From an uncultured Pseudomonadales bacterium (lineage in GTDB: Bacteria; Patescibacteriota; Microgenomatia; UBA1400; PJMF01): a stretch of DNA of 64,000 bases. Positions 49,676 through 59,278 of the stretch are shown here, piece after piece. The DNA is taken from positions 1,618-65,617 of the forward strand of contig CAYVBW010000001.1 in assembly GCA_964449995.1 (NCBI GenBank). The letters are read 5' to 3'. Made by a program: the position numbers and the translations under genes. The notes under the pieces were generated by a model. That model was not told the DNA's origin and searched no databases. It saw nothing but the letters and a program-made list of their open reading frames with translations. How positions within the stretch are numbered: the stretch's first letter is position 1; every line of letters begins with the position of its first letter.

Positions 49676-50081
49676 AATAAAATATTTTTTTTCTAAACTT
49701 AATTTTTTTTAAAAAAATTTCAGCTACCAATATAGGTAGCAGGCTTGCTATCCCCCATCCACATTATTAAACAACCAACAAACAGCGACAACTCAGAGTA
49801 TAAAACTTTAACAAGAGCAATATTATATCAAAAGATTTAAACGAGGGTAGTCTTTGTTTTTTTTTTATAAACAAAGCGGAGACGCTCTGTCTGCAAACCA
49901 AAAATGGGATTAAGCAAACACTATTTTTAAACGTGAAATATTTTTAATTTATTATTAAAAAAACCTATTTTAAAAGCTTATTTAACCATTGCCCATTTTT
50001 TATTTGACCAACCCTTTTGATCTAGTTAGCACCTATAAAATCTTAAGCCTAAATCTGATTTAAAAAGTTGCCCCTTAATTT

Positions 50082-53000
50082 TTATAGATGATGCTCTTCA
50101 AATCCAATAATAATAAAGCTGCTACCCACATCGCTAGTTATTACTACCTGATTTTGATTCACTTCTGCTTGGGGAGAAACAACTTTTGCCTCCCAGTCAT
50201 GAGGAAACTTTAGGCTAATTACCGTAGGTCTCTGTTTTAAACCAGCTTGCAATTGATCATAAAAGAAATAGGCACCCCCCGGCTTTAATTCATGAGGGAC
50301 AGAGTAGTAAAATAACAAATCTAAGCTTTCCATTGGCCCAACTTCAAGCACAGTTGCATAAACCTTTCTATTGTGATCAATATAAGAAACTATTTTATCC
50401 TCTGTTAACAACTCCCCATCTACAAGTAGCTGCTCAAGCTCTGCCTCTGGGTTTACAAAAAATCTTAAGTAAAATCTATAAGAACCAAGTGGCCAAGTGC
50501 TAGATCTAGCCTTATTAGTAAACTTTATTTGACGTTGATGGATTATTTGTTCTTCTTGTATCTCTATTTTGTGCGACACGCTTTGGTTTATATAGGGATT
50601 GATTTTGTTTACTCCAATATTTGCCTCTACTTGAAAAGAGTGATCAACATGACAAGATTCACCAAACCCGCCCGGACAATCCGGATGAGAGATCCTTCCA
50701 GACCAATTTAGTTGATCCATAACTGCTCCAGCCCCCAGATCGTTCAGATAAATCAAAGACTGTTGATTTTTAAACGATGAATAAAGAGTTTCAAGTAGCT
50801 GGACAACTTGTTCGTCACTCAAAGATCCTAATTGGTTAAGGATGCTTTTGAGCAAACCAACCTGAAATGCGCCAGCCCTCTCTTGGTCCCCTTCTTCCAA
50901 AAGAATTAATTCCAGCCTATTGTATAAATTCCAGGCATCAACAGTCTCAGTATACCCATCAACTTCAATTTCTCCGATTACCACTAAAACATCCCTGATT
51001 AAGCCATAATTAACTCCCAATATCCCATCTACGGGTTGACCCAGAGCTTCATTCGCAAACCACGATATTTTTTGTGATGTTAACTGAAAATCGGGATCCC
51101 AGTTAACATCCCTAAAATACAGGCTGTCTTCTCCTAAAAACGAAGCAACCTCTGCAGGAGCAGCAATTCTACCAAAAACACGACCATCAACTTCGTTGGT
51201 GCTTAAAAATTGAGTCTCTAGCACTTTCCCGTTTTCTATTTGAATCATGGCAATTGCCTGAACAAATCCTCCCGTTGGCCTCAGCTCTCGGTCGTCCTGT
51301 AGTAAAATATAAAAGGTTTGTTTTTGTTCAAACCCCAATAAACTCATTAATAGTGGGTTTAATTGCTGCGAAGCTGAATTCTTTGACCTAATATCTTTCA
51401 GCTCAAAACGGGCTCTGGCAAGATTATTTTGTAAATCATTTTCAAAAACATTATCTGTTATGTTATCCAGCTCAGCCTGTAGAAGAGAGGCCTTTTCAAA
51501 TATGGATTTATCCACAGAATCCTTTTTTTTCAACAACTCCTCCATGGAAAAACCCTCAATATCCCGATCTTTGCTTGCAAAGAAATTTTTAAAAACTTGT
51601 ACCGACATTTGTTGTGAACTAAGCATTTCATCATGAAGAGATAATACATGATCATTAATACGGTTTAGTGTCAGGCTTTTTTCTATCAAATAGATGTCTA
51701 AAAACTTATCTAACAATAGTGCTTTGGTTTTTAAACCATGAGTTTTCTTAAAGTCTCCAGATCGACCTTCAATTAAGAGGTTTAGATTGTTGGCCAAAAT
51801 TTGCTGTGATTGTCTAAAGCTTAAGGACAACAAGCCCAAAAAAACAAAAAATATTATCCCCAGTAAAAAAAGACAAGCCCCCGCAATAAAAACCACCTGT
51901 TTGCGCTTACTTTTGGTTTTGATTCTTCCAATTATCTTGGCTTTCGAAGATCTTCTTTGAACTTTTTGCTTAGTTCTACTCTTTGTAAACAACTTATTGA
52001 TTTGATTGTTAATTGAGTTTGGGGGTAGGCTAGAAAAATTTTCTTGATCCCCTTCTTTGTAGTGATTTGCGTTATCACCCCCCTCACCTCGAGATATGTT
52101 GGTCGCGGAATCCTTCTGCTTTTGAATAAAATGTCCCCTATTATTTGACTGCTGATCTTGTTTTGCCTGAAATTCCTGTAGGACAGCCTTATTGTTTGAC
52201 AAGTCATGGTTTAAAAAGCCACCATCTATTACCTGTTCGGCCCCTACCTGATTTGTTTTGTTGGCTTGGGGTAAAAAGTTGACAGTTTTTAACTGAGGTT
52301 GGTTGTCTAACAACTCTTTTATTAACACTGGATCTAATCCCAGTTTCTTATTTGGCAAAACACCACACAAGTTTTCAAAAAAATTTCCCGGAAGTTCTCC
52401 TGCCACAACTCTGACCAAATCTTGTTTTTTTTCTAAACGAGTCAAGGAATTGGTATTTAATCTTATTATTTCTAAATTTTTAGAATAATAAGACTGATAC
52501 ATCAATCTTATTTTTTCACAAACGTCACTTGTTATAATCGACTTGCCTCGTACCACAAAATTCTTTTTCTCAGGACGTAAAATCTCCTTTTTTATTGTAT
52601 TAAAAAAATTCTCATCAAGTTGTAAATAAATCTTTAAGCCAAAATCAATTAAATAACCATTTGGGATAGCCTCCACTATATTTTTTAAAGGATATAAAAG
52701 AGGTTCCTCAAGACTAATTGAGTCTTGGGCTATTAATAGCTTTTTGTGTTTAGAATTTATATATAGGTAGTTGAGCAATTCGTCTTCGTTTTTACATTGA
52801 TAATTCCACTCGCTAAAAAGGGGAGAGGAACTATCAATCTTGCTAGAAATTTTAAACAAATATACTTGTGAAATTTTATAATCGTCTAAAAGATCTGATA
52901 GTTTTTTATAAAACTCAATACTTTTTTTATCTCGAATTTCTAAGGGATTTATTATTACAACTACCTTGTAGGGCTGCTGTTCATTTAAAATTGTCAGCAA

Positions 53001-53156
53001 ACGATCAAGCCTATTTTCTTGAGGGATCAACTGCTCCATAATCCCAACCCGCTCATTTTGAAAATGAGACCTAACTAGCTCTGTCAAAATACTATTATTA
53101 GCAATGATTAGGGCTGTTGGATCCTGGTAAAAAACTTCCAATTGCGTTGAGGGCAT
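50082..53156 (-). CDS. DUF4012-domain large membrane protein
   Basis: LLQDDRELRPTGGF, RDVNWDPDF, VDG, EANIGVNK; central TM. Confidence 0.85.
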   Translation of the reverse strand: MPSTQLEVFYQDPTALIIANNSILTELVRSHFQNERVGIMEQLIPQENRLDRLLTILNEQQPYKVVVIINPLEIRDKKSIEFYKKLSDLLDDYKISQVYLFKISSKIDSSSPLFSEWNYQCKNEDELLNYLYINSKHKKLLIAQDSISLEEPLLYPLKNIVEAIPNGYLIDFGLKIYLQLDENFFNTIKKEILRPEKKNFVVRGKSIITSDVCEKIRLMYQSYYSKNLEIIRLNTNSLTRLEKKQDLVRVVAGELPGNFFENLCGVLPNKKLGLDPVLIKELLDNQPQLKTVNFLPQANKTNQVGAEQVIDGGFLNHDLSNNKAVLQEFQAKQDQQSNNRGHFIQKQKDSATNISRGEGGDNANHYKEGDQENFSSLPPNSINNQINKLFTKSRTKQKVQRRSSKAKIIGRIKTKSKRKQVVFIAGACLFLLGIIFFVFLGLLSLSFRQSQQILANNLNLLIEGRSGDFKKTHGLKTKALLLDKFLDIYLIEKSLTLNRINDHVLSLHDEMLSSQQMSVQVFKNFFASKDRDIEGFSMEELLKKKDSVDKSIFEKASLLQAELDNITDNVFENDLQNNLARARFELKDIRSKNSASQQLNPLLMSLLGFEQKQTFYILLQDDRELRPTGGFVQAIAMIQIENGKVLETQFLSTNEVDGRVFGRIAAPAEVASFLGEDSLYFRDVNWDPDFQLTSQKISWFANEALGQPVDGILGVNYGLIRDVLVVIGEIEVDGYTETVDAWNLYNRLELILLEEGDQERAGAFQVGLLKSILNQLGSLSDEQVVQLLETLYSSFKNQQSLIYLNDLGAGAVMDQLNWSGRISHPDCPGGFGESCHVDHSFQVEANIGVNKINPYINQSVSHKIEIQEEQIIHQRQIKFTNKARSSTWPLGSYRFYLRFFVNPEAELEQLLVDGELLTEDKIVSYIDHNRKVYATVLEVGPMESLDLLFYYSVPHELKPGGAYFFYDQLQAGLKQRPTVISLKFPHDWEAKVVSPQAEVNQNQVVITSDVGSSFIIIGFEEHHL

Positions 53157-53295
53157 GGCTTTTTTAGTTAAAAACTAATATCAATAACTAGTCAATAGTA
53201 TAGAGCAGAGAACAAAATCAATTAAGTCTTAATTTTAAGAGTCTTTGGGAATCGGGCAAAAAAATAAAATAAATAGAAAAAAGAGGAGTGAGGAA

Positions 53296-53372
53296 GGGGG
53301 ATCTCCCCAAAACCTCCATTCTAATTTGTTCATTCCACCAAACAAGACAGGTTGGTGAATATTTGGTCAGGA
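53296..53372 (+). repeat. Structured intergenic repeat, copy E (3' half, degenerate)
   Basis: GGGGGATCTCCCCAAAACCTCCATTCTAATTTGTTC resembles GGGGGAATCCCCCTAGAACCCCCATTCTGATTTGTTC of copy B. Confidence 0.6.
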
Positions 53373-53393
53373 CAAAACTTAAGTCTTTAGCCT

Positions 53394-53831
53394 CTATGTG
53401 CCTAAGTCAATTACCTGAGTAGCTAACCAATCTGCTTCTTGGTTCAAAGATCTCTCCACGTGTAAAAATTTAAAAGGCATATCGAGCGTCTTTAAAGAGC
53501 TGCGGACTTTCTCTGCCAGCTTCAACATTCTGGATTCTTTAATCTTCCACTCTCCATTCATTTGTTTAACAACCAACATAGAATCCATTTTAAAAACAAC
53601 CTCACAACTTCCTAACTCGTCATTTTTGGCGTTTCTTTTTTTAAACTGAAGCAGGAACCTAACAGCTGCCAAAAGAGCCAAATACTCAGCTTCATTGTTT
53701 GTTTTGTTTCCCAAAAATATGGAGATAAATTGAGGCTCGCCCAATCCAGAAACATGAACTCCAGCACCAGATGGACCCGGATTTCCCCTTGAAGCTCCAT
53801 CTGTATGAATAATGATTTTATTATTGCTCAT
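53394..53831 (-). CDS. rnhA: Ribonuclease HI family protein (start revised)
   Basis: TDGASRGNPG, TNNEAEY, DS.LVV.QM.G.W, N.EAD. Confidence 0.9.
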   Translation of the reverse strand: MSNNKIIIHTDGASRGNPGPSGAGVHVSGLGEPQFISIFLGNKTNNEAEYLALLAAVRFLLQFKKRNAKNDELGSCEVVFKMDSMLVVKQMNGEWKIKESRMLKLAEKVRSSLKTLDMPFKFLHVERSLNQEADWLATQVIDLGT

Positions 53832-53850
53832 TTTAAAGTTGCTACACGTT

Positions 53851-54363
53851 TTACTGCTCAAAATCCTCCCTCTTATCAGATCTTTGTTTCAGCTCGCCGG
53901 GAACATCTTTAGCAAAACAAATAGTTAGCCATCGCTGCAAACCGACTGTCGTGGAATAAGTAGCAAGGCTTGACAACTCCTTGTCTTGACTAACCGTTGA
54001 ATGGACTAGATACCTCTCATATGAGTTTAGCCGTCTATAAACCTTTTCTTGTTTGGTGTTTAAAACCTGTAGAGCTGCCTTTTTTATATCCTCAACAAAC
54101 TGCTTTTCTTTTTCTTCGAGTTGATTATTTATGTCAAGAATTACTTTTTTTTCATCTTCTTTTTTATTGAAGGTAATTCTAATTAAGTGCTGAAGTGACT
54201 GAATTCCTTGCCCCTGCGACCCTATTAAACAATTTGCAATGTCTTTAGGAACAACTAAATTAACTCTAGTTCTTTGTTCCTGGTCCTCTAAATTAATTTC
54301 AACTTGACTCTCGTCATATCCTAAAAATTTAAAGGTTTTAACTAAATATTCCTGAATTGTCAT
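53851..54363 (-). CDS. jag: Jag/KhpB-like KH-R3H RNA-binding protein
   Basis: LIGSQG..SLQHL, LDIN, ERYLVH; position after yidC. Confidence 0.85.
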   Translation of the reverse strand: MTIQEYLVKTFKFLGYDESQVEINLEDQEQRTRVNLVVPKDIANCLIGSQGQGIQSLQHLIRITFNKKEDEKKVILDINNQLEEKEKQFVEDIKKAALQVLNTKQEKVYRRLNSYERYLVHSTVSQDKELSSLATYSTTVGLQRWLTICFAKDVPGELKQRSDKREDFEQ

Positions 54364-55109
54364 ATACCTAATTTTAATTTAGCTCTTTTTAAATATAAAG
54401 AAATTCCACCCCATCCAGAAACGAAATATTGCTGAACTATCCCAAAAAGGTTTGCAACCACCCAATAAACTGCAAGCCCTGATGGAAAACGAGAAGCAAT
54501 AAAACCTGTCATAAGTGGCATGATATAAATCATTTGCTGCTGCATGTTTTTTGCCATATCAGCCATTTCCTCTTCTTTTACATTTTCTTGTTGTATTTTT
54601 TTGCTTTTAGCTTTATTTGGTACTATATCTCTCACCTCAGATCCAGGAGATATCATGAGAGACATAAGAAGTTGAGAGACTCCTGCCAAAACCGGAAGGA
54701 CAAAGGTGCTGTCGGGCACTGTTAAATCTAACCATAAAAATTCAGTGCTTATAACCACTCCATCTATAACTCCATTTTCTAAAAAAGAGTTAAGTGAGCG
54801 ATATAATCCTATTAGAATCACAACCATAACAATTTGAGGTAAACAACCCGAAAGAGGGTTGATATTATATTTTTGATAAAGCTCCGCCTGTGCTTTTTTT
54901 AATTCTTTGGGATTATTTTTGAATTTCTTTTTTAACTTATCAATTTCTGGCCTAACCTTTTCCATTTTTTCCCTCGCCTTCAAGCTGGGCAAAGAGAAGG
55001 GGAGTAACAATGCTCTGATTAATAAAGTCATAACAACGATAGATACCCCCAAGTTCCCAAATACAGAATATAGAGATGACAAGAGTATTGTAAAAAAATT
55101 TTCTAGCAT
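54360..55109 (-). CDS. yidC: Membrane protein insertase YidC
   Basis: TLLIRALLLP, INPLSGCLP, FLWLDL, PSGLAVYW. Confidence 0.95.
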   Translation of the reverse strand: MLENFFTILLSSLYSVFGNLGVSIVVMTLLIRALLLPFSLPSLKAREKMEKVRPEIDKLKKKFKNNPKELKKAQAELYQKYNINPLSGCLPQIVMVVILIGLYRSLNSFLENGVIDGVVISTEFLWLDLTVPDSTFVLPVLAGVSQLLMSLMISPGSEVRDIVPNKAKSKKIQQENVKEEEMADMAKNMQQQMIYIMPLMTGFIASRFPSGLAVYWVVANLFGIVQQYFVSGWGGISLYLKRAKLKLGI

Positions 55110-55140
55110 TGGTTGCGAGTCTTTAAAAAAACTACACTAG

Positions 55141-55326
55141 TTAATAACACTTTAATATTCTTTTAATCCCTTTTACACCCCCTTTTAAAAACCCGCTCTG
55201 TCTTATTTCTTCCGTAGTATACTGACTACAAGAAGGGGAGTGTTTACAGTAAGTAGTAAAGCCAAATACCGAAACAAACAAGCTGTGTTTAAAAATCCTA
55301 GCTAAATCATAAATTTTTTTGATCAT
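55141..55326 (-). CDS. yidD: Membrane protein insertion efficiency factor YidD
   Basis: CKHSPSCSQY..G..KG..RILKC. Confidence 0.85.
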   Translation of the reverse strand: MIKKIYDLARIFKHSLFVSVFGFTTYCKHSPSCSQYTTEEIRQSGFLKGGVKGIKRILKCY

Positions 55327-55381
55327 TTTTTATGTTCTTAGTTTTTTTTAATTGTGAAGTGTGTTGTCTAAGTGTTTAAAT

Positions 55382-55717
55382 CTACTTAGTGTTTAAAAGG
55401 CTATCTAGTTGAGTGATAAAGTCAAACTCTTCTTTTTTATCTAATACAAATTCTTTTTTTTTAACCAGCACAAGCAGGTCTGCTGGTCGTCTCGATATAT
55501 TATGTCCTCTAATTAAATTAAAGATATCTCTCCTTATTTTATTTCTATAAACAGCTGACTTAACTGCCTTTGTAGGAACTACAACCGCCGCCTTAAAAAT
55601 TTTTTTGTTTTTTTTGTTGTAGTAAATATCTAGACCATTGGTAAAATTGGTTTTATATTTAAAAATTTCTCGACCTAGCTTTGTTTTTAAATTAAGCCTA
55701 TTTTTTTTAGGCAACAT
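55382..55717 (-). CDS. rnpA: Ribonuclease P protein component
   Basis: MLPKKNRL, AVYRNKIRR (RNR motif). Confidence 0.9.
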   Translation of the reverse strand: MLPKKNRLNLKTKLGREIFKYKTNFTNGLDIYYNKKNKKIFKAAVVVPTKAVKSAVYRNKIRRDIFNLIRGHNISRRPADLLVLVKKKEFVLDKKEEFDFITQLDSLLNTK

Positions 55718-55721
55718 TTTA

Positions 55722-55874
55722 TTATTTATATCTTCTATTACTAGCTTTGCTCAATTTTTCCCTTTTTTTAGCTCTTCTTCTTACTAAAATGGAAAATTTT
55801 TTTGCCTGTCTGGTTAAAAACCCGTGTTTTCTTGATCTTTTTTTTGATTTTGGTTGATATGTTCTTTTGGGCAT
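55722..55874 (-). CDS. rpmH: 50S ribosomal protein L34 (not in ORF track)
   Basis: Manual translation MPKRTYQPKSKKRSRKHGFLTRQAKKFSILVRRRAKKREKLSKASNRRYK. Confidence 0.93.
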   Translation of the reverse strand: MPKRTYQPKSKKRSRKHGFLTRQAKKFSILVRRRAKKREKLSKASNRRYK

Positions 55875-56052
55875 CTCTTCCTTGATTCTCTTTTAAATTA
55901 TTAATACTAATTATCTTTTTTATATTTTAAATTTTTAAGAAGTTTTGAATTATAACCAATTTGCTTATTTTGAACCAGGGTTATTTTGTTGTTTTTCAAA
56001 AAAAAACTCAACCACAATTATTGAAACTTTACTAAACAAGTTTAATGTCGCT

Positions 56053-57171
56053 TTAATTATTTACTCTAAAAGGCATGACAATATAAGTAAAATTATCTTT
56101 ATTTTTTATGTTAAAAGAAGCTGGTTTTAACTGCTCATTCATGCAAAACACAACCTCTTTAGGATTGGTGTTATTTAAAAAATCTAATAAATAGCGAATA
56201 TCAAAAGCAATTTCCTTATCCAACTCATCATCCATCTGTGAAAGCGTTAAAATTTCTCCGCTGTATTCTCCGTATGATGGTGAATTGGAAGAGATTAGTA
56301 GTTTATTTTCCCTAAGTTCAAATTTAACAATATTAGACGATTCTCTAGCTAAAATAAAAGCCCTTTGCAGCTCTTCTTTGAGAATTTCTCCGTCAATTTC
56401 GACTTGTGTTTCAAAATTTTCGGGAATTATTTTTTTATAAGGTGGATACTCTCCTTCAATCAATCTAACGAATATTTCATTTTGATCAACCTCTATTTTG
56501 ATCTGCTTTAACTCCTCATCCACCTGTATTTTGATTACGTCCACATCACTCTGATCTACAATTCTACAAACTTCTTCAAAAGATTTTATTGGAATCAATA
56601 GCCTTTTTTTTACTTGAGATTCTAGATGTGGATATTTTAAAACCGATAACCTAAACCCATCCGTTGTAGCAACTTCTAAACCGCTTTTATTAAAATCAAA
56701 CATAATTGTGGTGAGAATTGGCCTGACTTGATCCAAACTAGCCGCATATCCAGTCATTTCCAGCACTTCTTTTAAAACACTTGTTGGAATTTCAATTTTG
56801 GGACCTGAAACTTTTGGAAATTCGGGATATTCCGATGGCTCTTGAGCTGGTATTTTAACCCTACTACTACCAGACTCTAACTCTATTGCCTCTTTTTTTA
56901 TGTTTATAAATACTTCTTCATCGCTAAAAGAGTTAATCAAATCTTTCAACATTAATCCAGGAATTACTAGAGAGGCTTTGTGTTTATTATTTTTGAGTTC
57001 AGACTTTGTTTTTATACCTAAATATAAGTCTGTGGCGGCTAAAGTTAAATTATTTTTGTCAACATTAATTAGAACAGAGCTTAAAATGGGTAGCTGAGGA
57101 TTACTAGGAATAGATTTCTGAACATTTTTGATAGCTTTTTTTAAACTTAAAAGATTAAACTCTATTTTCAT
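56053..57171 (-). CDS. dnaN: DNA polymerase III beta clamp
   Basis: LPILS, ATDL, RPILT, TTDGFRL, GEYPPY, IVMP. Confidence 0.96.
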   Translation of the reverse strand: MKIEFNLLSLKKAIKNVQKSIPSNPQLPILSSVLINVDKNNLTLAATDLYLGIKTKSELKNNKHKASLVIPGLMLKDLINSFSDEEVFINIKKEAIELESGSSRVKIPAQEPSEYPEFPKVSGPKIEIPTSVLKEVLEMTGYAASLDQVRPILTTIMFDFNKSGLEVATTDGFRLSVLKYPHLESQVKKRLLIPIKSFEEVCRIVDQSDVDVIKIQVDEELKQIKIEVDQNEIFVRLIEGEYPPYKKIIPENFETQVEIDGEILKEELQRAFILARESSNIVKFELRENKLLISSNSPSYGEYSGEILTLSQMDDELDKEIAFDIRYLLDFLNNTNPKEVVFCMNEQLKPASFNIKNKDNFTYIVMPFRVNN

Positions 57172-57514
57172 AATTCATTTATAACTATATGTAATTTATT
57201 TGATGAGTTTGTTTAGTATAGCTTATTTATTTTTTTTATTATTAACAATCTGTTTTTAGTTTATATTTAAATTTAAGTAGTAATAGTAGTAATAGGGTAT
57301 GTGGAAAGGTGTATAAAATCGAATCTTTCTCAAGCAGTTGATTTATTTTGCATGTGATTAATTAGTCTTAAGTTGTTAGTAATGCTGTACATAATTCCTT
57401 AATTAAAGAGAGGATAAGTTTATAAAATTAACATTTAGAAATATTTTTAAAGATTTTATCCATATCTTTTTAACACACTTTTCCACTTTTGTGGAAAAGT
57501 TAGAATTAAGAGTC
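57172..57514. other. Replication origin oriC (DnaA boxes, DnaA-trios, AT-rich unwinding region)
   Basis: TAG-TAA-TAG-TAG-TAA-TAG (57278-57295) next to TGTGGAAAG/GTGTATAA boxes; further boxes TTATCCATA and TGTGGAAAA; plus strand appears to switch from C-rich to G-rich near here. Confidence 0.85.
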
Positions 57515-59047
57515 TCAACTTGATAACTTTAAGAGTTCTGACTTTATTTGATTGTAATCCTGATATACAAGCTCATCTTCTTCAAGTAATTCCTTAATTT
57601 TTTTTCTAGCGTGCATTACAGAGGTATGATCTCTGTTGGAGAACCACCTACCAATTTCTACGTAAGATAAATTTAAATTTTCTTTTAATAAAAACATTGC
57701 TAAATGTCTGGGGTAGACAACTTCTTTATGTCTCGCTTTCCCTTTTATTTCTGATTGTTTTATTTCAAAATGATCGCAGATTTTTTTAATAACCCTTTGG
57801 GGTTTGAGTCTAATTTTGTTATTTTTATGATTTAGTTTTTCTTTTGAGATAATATTACTAATAAGCTCTTCGCTAATCTCTCTATCTTTGAGCTCCACCT
57901 CAGACCTTATTTTGGAAATCACTCCTTCAATTTTTCTAGCACCATCAACACTTTGAGCAATCATTTCAGCTAACTTTATAGGTAGTGCAAGGTTTGATGC
58001 TCTGGATTTTATTAATACTATCGCTGTTTTAAGTTCTAAGGAGGGCTGTTGAATATCTATCATTAATCCCGCCTCAAATCTGGATTTTAATCTATCCTCC
58101 ATTAAATTTATAGCGCTTGGAGGTCTATCAGAAGTGAGTATGATTTGAGACGAATATTTGGTAAGGGAGTTGAAGGTGTGAAAAAATTCCTCTTGGACAG
58201 CGTTTTTCCCAGCAATAAATTGAACATCGTCAATCAAGAGCACCTGAGCGCTTCTAAATTTTTTTTTGAACTTAATTGCTTTTTTATTACGAATTGCATC
58301 AATAATTTCATTAGTGAATTCCTCGCCCGTACAATAAATTATGTTTTTTTGAGGATTTTGGGTGAGAATAAAATTACCAATAGCATGCATCAGGTGAGTT
58401 TTACCAACACCAACCCCTCCATAGAAAAACAAAGGGTTGTATGCCTCTCCAGGTTTTTTGGCGACAGCAGTGGCTGCTGCATGAGCCATTTCGTTACTAC
58501 CAGATACAGCAAAGGTTTTAAAAGTATAGTCTAGTCTTAGTCCAGCTCTTCTAATTGCGTTAAGAGTTCTATCTTGCTGGGTGGCTTCAATGTTGTGTTC
58601 TGAAAAAAGCTCCTCAACCCGAATGGAACCAACTGAGTCGTTTTGGCTATCGTTGAATGAGTCGTTGTTGGTAAAAAATCCGCTGATTTTTTGCAACCCC
58701 CCATTGGAGCCTTTTTTTTGCTTTTTAAAATCATTTTGTTTTTGTTGAGCGGCTATTTCAGAGGGATCTAAAATTTTAAATTCTAACACTACTTTTTTGT
58801 GAATGGCTCCCTCTATTGCTAGTTTGAGTTGTGTGTAAAGATTCTTTTTTAAATTGGTGGCATGAAAAGCGCTGGGTGTGGAAATTGTACAAATCGCTTT
58901 AGTGGATCCATTAATCTCTATTTTAGTTAAGGGATTAGATAACACCCAGGTGTTAAATGCTGCGGGAGAAAGCTGAAGCTTGAGTTCTTTTTTTGCTTTG
59001 TCCCATATTGACCTAACTTCTTCTGGATTAAGATTTTGGGTATCCAT
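57515..59047 (-). CDS. dnaA: Chromosomal replication initiator DnaA
   Basis: YNPLFFYGGVGVGKTHL, IDDVQF, QEEFFHTFN, SDRPP, RDHTSV. Confidence 0.98.
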   Translation of the reverse strand: MDTQNLNPEEVRSIWDKAKKELKLQLSPAAFNTWVLSNPLTKIEINGSTKAICTISTPSAFHATNLKKNLYTQLKLAIEGAIHKKVVLEFKILDPSEIAAQQKQNDFKKQKKGSNGGLQKISGFFTNNDSFNDSQNDSVGSIRVEELFSEHNIEATQQDRTLNAIRRAGLRLDYTFKTFAVSGSNEMAHAAATAVAKKPGEAYNPLFFYGGVGVGKTHLMHAIGNFILTQNPQKNIIYCTGEEFTNEIIDAIRNKKAIKFKKKFRSAQVLLIDDVQFIAGKNAVQEEFFHTFNSLTKYSSQIILTSDRPPSAINLMEDRLKSRFEAGLMIDIQQPSLELKTAIVLIKSRASNLALPIKLAEMIAQSVDGARKIEGVISKIRSEVELKDREISEELISNIISKEKLNHKNNKIRLKPQRVIKKICDHFEIKQSEIKGKARHKEVVYPRHLAMFLLKENLNLSYVEIGRWFSNRDHTSVMHARKKIKELLEEDELVYQDYNQIKSELLKLSS

Positions 59048-59278
59048 ATGTTGCTGACTTTATAAAAAATACATAGTTAGATTGGAGTTTTAAAAACGTC
59101 CAATGACTGTTCTGCTCAAAATTGGCAGGATTTAAGGTTATGTGGGCAGGAAGTTGACTAGCTAAATTAAGATTTAACTAACCCGATTTGTGGGTTAACA
59201 ACATTCATATTTATATACATAGTTTTCCACAATGAAAAGAGGCAGTTTTTTAATAGTCTGGCCAGCTTTTTGAGTCAA

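Noticed and set aside
30458-53372. CRISPR array or integron attC array
   Set aside because: Repeats are dispersed, of variable length and in both orientations; no spacers, cas genes or integrase
55945-56130. 61-aa plus-strand ORF and similar short ORFs over dnaN, dnaA and virB4
   Set aside because: Overlap real genes antisense and have no motifs
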